A stretch of 6,992 nucleotides of DNA from Chlorokybus atmophyticus. Its lineage: Eukaryota; Plantae; Mesostigma and Chlorokybus algae. Below, one piece after another: positions 1 through 6,923 of the stretch. Made by a program: the position numbers and the translations under genes. The stretch spans positions 21,999-28,990 of the forward strand of contig RHPI01000249.1 in NCBI GenBank assembly GCA_009103225.1. The letters run 5' to 3'. Each line of letters begins with the position of its first letter. Positions within the stretch are counted from its first letter, which is position 1. A model generated the notes under the pieces. That model had not been told where the DNA came from. It did not search any database and saw nothing but the letters and a program-made list of their open reading frames with translations.

Positions 1-295
1 CTCTCTCTCTCGCTCTCTCGCTCTCTCGCTCTCTCGCTCTCGCTCGCTCTCGCTCGCTCTCTCTCGCTCTCTCGCTCTCGCTCTCTCTCGCTCTCTCTCG
101 CTCTCGCTCTCTCTCGCGCTCTCTCTCTCTCTCGCTCTCTCTCTCGCTCTCGCTCTCGCTCTCTCTCTCTCTCGCTCTCTCTCTCGCTCTCGCTCTCGCT
201 CTCGCTCTCGCTCTCTCGCTCTCTCGCTCTCTCGCTCTCTCGCTCTCGCGCTCTCGCTCTCTCGCTCTCTCGCTCTCCCTCCCTCCCTCCCTCCC
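1..295 (+). repeat. Compound (CT)n/(CTCG)n then (CCCT)n microsatellite
   Basis: Seen directly; runs off the window start. Confidence 0.95.
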
Positions 296-317
296 GGGGC
301 CGTTTTTATCTGTGCAG

Positions 318-399
318 GATGCTTGTGAGCGACGCAGCAGCTGCCATGAACCAGAGAGACATTGCCTCCCAGGCAAAGAAGCAGAAGGTTTCAAACTAG
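318..399 (+). CDS. Possible 3' exon of a convergent neighbouring gene (…MLVSDAAAAMNQRDIASQAKKQKVSN*)
   Basis: An acceptor-like TTTTTATCTGTGCAG ends at 317, directly after the pyrimidine tract. An open frame ends in a basic KKQKV motif and TAG at 397-399, followed by AT-richer sequence. A second acceptor-like site (CTCTCTCCTGCTTGCACCAG, ending 530) might extend the gene. No homology recognised. Confidence 0.3.
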
Positions 400-583
400 C
401 TTTATACACAAAGTTTACTTCTTGTCAATGTGACCAATAATGTTATCAACACAGCTCGCTCACATCCAACACTGCTCCCATGCAAGCACGCATGCTTCAA
501 GATTACTCAACTCTCTCCTGCTTGCACCAGGTGGACTGGCTGCCTGCAGTGGAAACAGTGCAGGCATGGACAGGGCAGCCGCT

Positions 584-616
584 CAACAACATTAACAACA
601 ACAACAACGACAACAA
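584..616 (+). repeat. Imperfect (CAA)n trinucleotide tract
   Basis: caacaacattaacaacaacaacaacgacaacaa. Confidence 0.8.
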
Positions 617-1099
617 GGTTCAGGTTCATCTCCCACCACACGATCTCCCAAGAAACACGCGTCATTGGAGACGGCTGCGGCTGTCCGCGTGGGCGTGCAG
701 AGCATGTTGGGGTGGAGCGCATCCATGCACAACTTCAACGCTGAGAGTTGTTGTGGTTGTGTTGTTGAATTGGAGCGTGAAACGATAAGTGGTGATGCGA
801 TATGTGACGCAGTTGAAGGTTGCGTGTCTGTTAGCTGATGCTAGCTCACGCTGGCGCTGAGCCTGCCTTGATGGTGTGTTGCATGCGCTGTGCATGTGTT
901 GGGATGCCTCGCACAAGTGCAAACGCATGCATGCACACATGTGCACACAATCTGTAGTAGTAGCATACAGCCTGTTGTCACCTGATTGACATGTTGGTGT
1001 TAGTTAGTAGTTGCAATAGTCCTGTAGTCAGTGACCATGGCTATGTGTTCATCAATGTTCTCAACCAGCCCGACCTTAACATCCTCAACACATGCCAGC

Positions 1100-4000
1100 T
1101 CAATTCAACTCGTCGAGAAGGCGGATGGCTCCCTCCTCGCGAATCAGGCGCTTTGCGTCATTGTCCAATGCAACATTGCCAAGTGCGCGTGCAGCCCAGG
1201 CCTTGCCTTTGTCCGTGCCGGATGTGAGCAGCGCGACCAACGGGGGTATGCCACTCGCCTCGCGGATAAGGCGATTTGCGTCAAAGTTTAATGCAACTGT
1301 GCCCAGTGCGTATGCAGCCCAGTCCTTGCCGTCGTCCGTGCCGGATGTGAGCAGCGCGACCAATGGGGGTATGCCACTCGCCTCGCGGATCAGGCGCTCT
1401 GCGTCATTATCAAATGCAACTGTGCCCAGTGCGTATGCAGCCCAGGCCTTGCCTTTGTCCGTGCCGGATGTGAGCAGCGCGATCAGTGGGGGTATGCCAC
1501 CCTCCTCGAGAATCAGGCGCTCTGCGTCATCGTCAAGTGCAACATTTCCTAGTGCGCGTGCAGCCCAGGCCTTGCCGTCGTTCGTGCCGGATGTGAGCAG
1601 CGCGACCAACGGGGGTATGCCACTCGCCTCGCGGATCAGGCGCTTTGCGTCCTTATCAAATGCAACATTGCCCAGTGCGTGTGCAGCCCAGGCCTTGCCG
1701 TCGTCCGTGCCGGATGTGAGCAGCGCGACCAGCGGGGGTATGCCACCCTCCTCGCGAATCAGGCGCTTTGCGTCATCGTCACGTGCAACATTGCCCAGTG
1801 CGCGTGCAGCCCAGGCCTTGCCGTCGTCCGTGCCGGATGTGAGCAGCGCGACCAATGGGGGTATGCCACGCGCCTCGCGGATCAGGCGCTTGGCGTCCTT
1901 ATCAAATGCAACATTGCCCAGTGCGTGTGCAGCCCAGGCCTTGCCGTCGTCCGTGCTGGATGTGAGCAGCCCGACCAGCGGGGGTATGCCACCCTCCTCG
2001 CGAAGCAGGCGCTTTGCGTCATCGTCACGTGCAACATTGCCAAGTGCGCGTGCAGCCCAGGCCTTGCCGTCGTCCGTGCCGGATGTGAGCAGCGCGACCA
2101 ACGGGGGTATGCCACTCGCCTCGCGGATCAGGCGCTTTGCGTCATCGTCAAATGCAACATTGCCCAGTGCGTGTGCAGCCCAGGCCTTGCCGTCGTCCGT
2201 GCCGGATGTGAGCAGCGCGACCAACGGGGGTATGCCACTCGCCTCGCGGATCAGGCGCTTTGCGTCATTATCAGATGCAACAATGCCAAGTGCGCGTGCA
2301 GCCCAGGCCTTGCCTTTGTCCGTGCCGGATGTGAGCAGCGCGACCAATGGGGGTATGCCACGCGCCTCGCGGATCAGGCGCTTGGCGTCCTTATCAAATG
2401 CAACATTGCCCAGTGCGTGTGCAGCCCAGGCCTTGCCGTCGTCCGTGCTGGATGTGAGCAGCCCGACCAGCGGGGGTATGCCACCCTCCTCGCGAAGCAG
2501 GCGCTTTGCGTCATCGTCACGTGCAACATTGCCAAGTGCGCGTGCAGCCCAGGCCTTGCCGTCGTCCGTGCCGGATGTGAGCAGCGCGACCAATGGGGGT
2601 ATGCCACGCGCCTCGCGGATCAGGCGCTTGGCGTCCTTATCAAATGCAACATTGCCCAGTGCGTGTGCAGCCCAGGCCTTGCCGTCGTCCGTGCTGGATG
2701 TGAGCAGCCCGACCAGCGGGGGTATGCCACCCTCCTCGCGAAGCAGGCGCTTTGCGTCATCGTCACGTGCAACATTGCCAAGTGCGCGTGCAGCCCAGGC
2801 CTTGCCGTCGTCCGTGCCGGATGTGAGCAGCGCGACCAATGGGGGTATGCCACGCGCCTCGCGGATCAGGCGCTTGGCGTCCTTATCAAATGCAACATTG
2901 CCCAGTGCGTGTGCAGCCCAGGCCTTGCCGTCGTCCGTGCTGGATGTGAGCAGCCCGACCAGCGGGGGTATGCCACCCTCCTCGCGAAGCAGGCGCTTTG
3001 CGTCATCGTCACGTGCAACATTGCCAAGTGCGCGTGCAGCCCAGGCCTTGCCGTCGTCCGTGCCGGATGTGAGCAGCGCGACCAATGGGGGTATGCCACG
3101 CGCCTCGCGGATCAGGCGCTTGGCGTCCTTATCAAATGCAACATTGCCCAGTGCGTGTGCAGCCCAGGCCTTGCCGTCGTCCGTGCTGGATGTGAGCAGC
3201 CCGACCAGCGGGGGTATGCCACCCTCCTCGCGAAGCAGGCGCTTTGCGTCATCGTCACGTGCAACATTGCCAAGTGCGCGTGCAGCCCAGGCCTTGCCGT
3301 CGTCCGTGCCGGATGTGAGCAGCGCGACCAACGGGGGTATGCCACTCGCCTCGCGGATCAGGCGCTTTGCGTCCTTATCAAATGCAACATTGCCCAGTGC
3401 GTGTGCAGCCCAGGCCTTGCCGTCGTCCGTGCTGGATGTGAGCAGCGCGACCAGCGGGGGTATGCCACCCTCCTCGCGAATCAGGCGCTTTGCGTCATCG
3501 TCACGTGCAACATTGCCCAGTGCGCGTGCAGCCCAGGCCTTGCCGTCGTCCGTGCCGGATGTGAGCAGCGCGACCAACGGGGGTATGCCACGCGCCTCGC
3601 GGATCAGGCGCTTTGCGTCATTATCAGATGCAACATTGCCAAGTGCGCGTGCAGCCCAGGCCTTGCCGTCGTCCGTGCCGGATGTGAGCAGCGCGACCAA
3701 CGGGGGTATGCCACTCGCCTCGCGGATCAGGCGCTTTACGTCATTATCAGATGCAACAATGCCAAGTGCGCGTGCAGCCCAGGCCTTGCCTTTGTCCGTG
3801 CCGGATGTGAGCAGCGCGACCAGCGGGGGTATGCCACCCGCCTCGCGGATCAGGCGCTTTGCGTCATCGTCACATGCAACATTGCCCAGTGCGTGTGCAG
3901 CCCAGGCCTTGCCGCCGTCCGTGCCGGATGTGAGCAACGCGACCAGTGGGGGTATGCCACCCTCCTCGAGAATCAGGCGCTCTGCGTCATCGTCAACTGC

Positions 4001-5187
4001 AACATTGCCTAGTGCGCGTGCAGCCCAGGCCTTGCCGTCGTTCGTGCCGGATGTGAGCAGCGCGACCAACGGGGGTATGCCACCGGCCTTGCGAATCAAC
4101 ACTCTCGAATTTACACCTTCCTGGACTGACCGCGCCAATTCCGACAACGCCCGAGCGGCTTGCTCCTTGACGTTGTTTGCGCCACCTCTGACCAGTGCAA
4201 TCAGCTGTGGAATCGCCCCAGCCAGGACAATGCCCACTGCACTACAAGAGTCCTCACCGAGCAGGTCCGCCAATGCTCCCGCCGCAACCTCTTTGCTGTT
4301 GGGCGTGCCGTGGTGGAGTGTGTCGACAAAGTCCATTATCCTATTGTTGACACCTTCAATTGGCACAGCTTCAACAGGCTCTTCACTTGCGGATAGCCTC
4401 ATGAGATAACTATCCAGATGTTGCAGTATGGATGAGAGAATGTCATTGGGGCGTTGTTCGACAGCCAGTCGCAGCAGGTCCAGTTGTTGCTGCAGAGCGC
4501 GACGCCCCTCGTCAGACTGCGCGACGCCAAGCAGACCGGCAGCCGCTAAGTTGCTGGCAGAGCGCAGCTTCAGCTCCTCGAGTAGCGTCTTCACAAAGCT
4601 ATCAATGCCTTGCGATTGGCAAATGCACTCCAACCAGTAGTGCATGCTGTTGATGTCGCCTATGCATGCATCCACCCGCATGGAGCCATCCAATACGTGT
4701 TGCTCGTTGCGTCCTGCCAACCCTAGGATAAGTAACATAGCCATGTGCACGGATCCAGACCCAGTACTGGCCAGGTATATAAGCAATGAACACATAACCA
4801 TGACGCCAACAAGCATACCAGAAGTCGCTGCGAGTGGAGGCTGCCCAGTGAGGCCCTCCGTTGCTGGAGCACGAATCTCCCCCGCCAACGATCCCATGTT
4901 TACTTCGTCAGTATCCGAGATTGAGCCTGGTTCCGACCGCCGTCCGTGGCTCAGGTCCTAAGATGCAGGTAGGGTGCAATCAGCATCTTGTAAAAACCAG
5001 GCATGAAGGCTGTACTTAGACACAATAGCGATTAGGGCCGGGCTGAGATTGCACCAAGGTGGGGTTTGGTGGGTATGTTGAAGAAACGCACCTGCTCCTG
5101 AAGTTGCGGCTGTGGTTGAAGAATTTGGGCATTGTGCTGACTTGAGAATTGCAGATTCATGAGGAAAGGATGCTGCGACATGACACA

Positions 5188-5218
<31 letters not shown>

Positions 5219-6814
5219 GAGAGACAGTCAGAAGAAACCTCGAGTCATGCCAACCTGTAATGGCAACCTGTGTTTGGCACCTGTAGCAACTCCTCAGCCG
5301 TTGGGCGCTCTTGAGGATTGCTGCACAATGTGGCAAAGTGAGCACCCGCAAGAAAGATGCACGATCACAAAAAGATTGATTCAAACATGATTCCAACGTC
5401 TGACCGCCTGAAGCAACGCTGAAGAAAGTCCTTGCACTCTGGTGACAGATGCTCTGGAATCTCGGGACAGTCATCTTCGCTGAAGATGCGTTTCCCAATA
5501 GCATAAAAATTCAACTGTTGCAAGCGTGTCCATAAGAACATGCAACCCGACAAGATGGAGAGATACAGCAGAGGGACGTCACTTACCCCGCTACGGTTAA
5601 CTCCTTGATACGAAGGAGGATTCCCAGTAGCCATCTCTATCACCGTGCAGCCTATACTCCAAATGTCCGCCCGGCAGTCAGCTCCGACTTGTCGGAGCAC
5701 CTCCGGCGCCATGAATGGCACTGTGCCCAGTAGTGTCCTATGTTTCACTTGCGAGTTCTGCACAGGCGCCAGCGCACAACACACTGATGAGAACTTGGGG
5801 ATTGAGCGTTGTGGTTGTTGAACGAACCGACACTGACAAATGAGCTTTGCAAAGACAATGATAATCAGACATACACGTGCAGGACTTACCACGGCCTTGG
5901 AAGCGCCAAAATCAGCAAGCTTGATGACAGTACCATTCCACTGCTTGTCCAGCAATATGTTCGCGCCTTTGATGTCGCGATGCATGATATTCACCCCATG
6001 CATGCAATTCACTGCCTCCAACAGTAGCCGCGTATATCTTTGGACAGCCTGCACGTGCGTAGTCAGAGGCGACACCAACGTGCACTAAGCCTTGCCATGA
6101 ACCCACCGTTTCATCAAAGCCTGATGGGTGGAAGGTTCTCAGCTCCTTCTCGATAGATCCAGCTGGAAGGTACTCCATCACAATGTGAAGAAAGTCACCT
6201 GCCTCCTTCCACCCGTAGTAACGCTGGCACACCAATCGTAAGACAACATGTTAGCACTGTTGGCATCAAGAACCCTGCAACGGCATGATTCGGCCAACAC
6301 TGACTAAGTCATGGTATGCTGATTTGACAGGGGTGACAGGAAGTACTGATGTACAGAGCAGCAGGTGCGACAAGGAAGCAGCATACCACAATGTTGGGAT
6401 GCATGATCTCGCTTAGAGTGTTGACCTCTCGTTTCGCTGCTTCCAGCGCCTCGCGCTCTCTGCTACCTCGCTCGTTGGCTGGACCAATGTAAATCTGGTA
6501 CAGCAACACCATTGAATATGCGCATCGTCATGCATGATGTGCGCGGCGCAGCAAAATGATGATGTTAACGTGACGACATGTCATATCACTCACCAGCTTT
6601 ACCGCTAGAACACTCCCATTCCCTTGCCTAACCTTCACCACTGTACCGCACGCTCCAATCCCTATGACTTCTTCGCTTCCCACAATGTCGTACTCGGGTA
6701 GCTCCTGCGGCGCTGTCACACAATCAGGGGAGTTGCTTATCAGAGTGGCCACGCGCGCGAAAGTACCTCTCGATTAGGGGTCATGGAGGTCAAGCCAGGG
6801 TCAACAGGGAGCAT
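1100..6814 (-). CDS. Spliced gene: STE11/MEKK (MAP3K)-like Ser/Thr kinase fused to a C-terminal array of 24 near-identical Armadillo repeats (~1,560-1,600 aa)
   Basis: Hand-built exons (minus strand): 6814-6767, 6704-6594, 6494-6387, 6223-6107, 6048-5890, 5757-5587, 5514-5405, 5320-5281, 5172-5092, 4957-4819, 4722-1100 (stop TGA 1102-1100). All introns are GT..AG, 58-163 nt, and the exons join in frame to give all kinase subdomains in order, then the long ARM frame. The start is uncertain: there are in-frame ATGs at 6814 and 6784, and the frame is open further upstream. The last intron (4818-4723) is optional because it is in frame and stop-free. Confidence 0.85.
1130..4081 (-). repeat. Coding tandem array of 24 x 123-bp (41-aa) Armadillo repeats
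   Basis: The GGCATACCCCC (GIPP) motif recurs every 123 bp from 4081 to 1252, with no indels. Consensus GIPPLVALLTSGTDDGKAWAARALGNVAxDxDAKRLIREx(G/S/R) matches the ARM pattern (G-x-I-P-x-L-V-x-L-L ... A-x-x-A-L-x-N-x-A). Confidence 0.95.
2360..3343 (-). repeat. Higher-order 246-bp (two-ARM) tandem repeat, four copies
   Basis: Units 7-14 alternate between two types with identical amino acids. The off-frame 77-aa ORFs at 2374, 2620, 2866 and 3112 are spaced 246 bp apart. A fifth copy lies at 1868-2113. Confidence 0.9.
4082..4342 (-). other. Two diverged Armadillo repeats preceding the homogeneous array
   Basis: RIMDFVDTLHHGTPNSKEVAAGALADLLGEDSCSAVGIVLAG (4342-4217) and AIPQLIALVRGGANNVKEQAARALSELARSVQEGVNSRVLIRKAG (4216-4082) align to the unit consensus but are far more divergent. 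Confidence 0.75.
5092..5172 (-). CDS. Exon 9: kinase C-terminus (HPFL) and Gln-rich linker
   Basis: Acceptor TCGCAG|CAT; HPFLMNLQFSSQHNAQILQPQPQLQEQ; donor GTGCGT at 5091. The next acceptor TCTTAG|GAC at 4958 is exactly 60 nt, in frame, before the ATG at 4897 of the long ORF. Confidence 0.8.
5183..5217 (+). repeat. (AC)n/(GCAC)n microsatellite inside intron 8
   Basis: acacacac followed by about 6.75 copies of gcac; lies just upstream (on the gene strand) of the acceptor at 5173. Confidence 0.9.
5281..5320 (-). CDS. Kinase exon 8 (40 nt, missed by the ORF track): subdomain XI
   Basis: Acceptor GTGCAG|C completes the Arg codon, then NPQERPTAEELLQ (canonical xDPxxRPTAxELL motif); donor GTGCCA at 5280. 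Confidence 0.88.
5405..5514 (-). CDS. Kinase exon 7: subdomains X-XI
   Basis: Acceptor CAACAG|TTG; LNFYAIGKRIFSEDDCPEIPEHLSPECKDFLQRCFR plus CG; phase-2 donor GTCAGA at 5404. Confidence 0.82.
5587..5757 (-). CDS. Kinase exon 6: activation segment, APE, subdomain IX
   Basis: Acceptor GTGCAG|AAC; NSQVKHRTLLGTVPFMAPEVLRQVGADCRADIWSIGCTVIEMATGNPPSYQGVNRSG; donor GTAAGT at 5586. DIWSxGCTVIEMATG is a MAP3K-like signature. Confidence 0.88.
5890..6048 (-). CDS. Kinase exon 5: catalytic loop and DFG (subdomains VI-VII)
   Basis: Acceptor GTGCAG|GCT with CTGAC branch-like motif upstream; AVQRYTRLLLEAVNCMHGVNIMHRDIKGANILLDKQWNGTVIKLADFGASKAV; donor GTAAGT at 5889. HRDIKGANIL is typical of STE11/MEKK-type kinases. 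Confidence 0.92.
6107..6223 (-). CDS. Kinase exon 4: hinge (subdomain V)
   Basis: Acceptor TGCCAG|CGT; RYYGWKEAGDFLHIVMEYLPAGSIEKELRTFHPSGFDET; donor GTGGGT at 6106. Confidence 0.88.
6387..6494 (-). CDS. Kinase exon 3: alphaC and HPNIV (subdomains III-IV)
   Basis: Acceptor TACCAG|ATT; IYIGPANERGSREREALEAAKREVNTLSEIMHPNIV; donor GTATGC at 6386. Confidence 0.88.
6594..6704 (-). CDS. Kinase exon 2: subdomains I-II
   Basis: ELPEYDIVGSEEVIGIGACGTVVKVRQGNGSVLAVKL contains the GxGxxG loop and the AVK lysine. Followed by donor GTGAGT at 6593. Confidence 0.85.
6767..6814 (-). CDS. Putative exon 1 (MLPVDPGLTSMTPNRE)
   Basis: In-frame ATGs at 6814 and 6784. Donor GAG|GTACTT at 6766 and acceptor CCGCAG ending at 6705 give a 62-nt phase-0 intron that joins to ELPEYD. 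Confidence 0.55.
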
Positions 6815-6923
6815 GCGCACTACCGGCGACCCTCCTTGCCCTTGAGCTGCGAGTGTCTGTGGGGGACTGCACGCATGCTCGAACGCGCCAAGCAGCACCT
6901 AGCATGCCAACGACAGTGCCATT

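Noticed and set aside
1-295. Telomeric repeat
   Set aside because: An irregular CT/CTCG microsatellite rather than a fixed telomere unit.
584-768. Inverted (CAA)n and (TTG)n tracts as a hairpin or MITE
   Set aside because: Low-complexity and imperfect, with no clear terminal inverted repeat or target-site duplication.
430-946. Short ORFs 430-744, 480-788, 507-722 and 662-946
   Set aside because: No recognisable domain, and they are driven by CAA/TTG/GCAT low-complexity sequence. Part of 480-788 might be an exon of the neighbouring gene, but this cannot be supported.
1882-3345. Five near-identical 77-aa minus-strand ORFs
   Set aside because: Off-frame by-products of the 246-bp higher-order repeat; useful only as markers of its period.
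1130-4081. CRISPR array, satellite DNA or TAL effector
   Set aside because: There is no repeat-spacer structure and the array is fully coding. The unit is 41 aa with an ARM consensus, not the 33-35-aa TALE repeat, and the context is eukaryotic and spliced.
1092-4409. 1105-aa plus-strand ORF, and the 777-aa plus-strand ORF 1679-4012
   Set aside because: These are antisense shadows of the ARM array. One stop-free 123-bp unit is multiplied, the products are low-complexity S/A/R- or C-rich, and the minus frame gives a recognisable domain joined to the kinase.
5125-5325. Peptide AILKSAQ appearing in two off-frame ORFs
   Set aside because: Neither frame is the coding frame. The DNA match is only about 12 nt (GCAATYCTCAAG), which is consistent with chance.
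6528-6752. ORF-track start at 6752 (MATLISN...) and other single-exon kinase ORFs
   Set aside because: The 6752 start is a GTG inside predicted intron 1. The other ORFs run into introns and lose kinase similarity at the splice sites.
5092-6814. Assigning a gene symbol (CDC15/cdc7/sepH, MAP3K-epsilon, STE11, NPK1)
   Set aside because: The motifs support the STE11/MEKK-like group, but orthology cannot be established without a phylogeny, and the ARM array differs from those of the named proteins.
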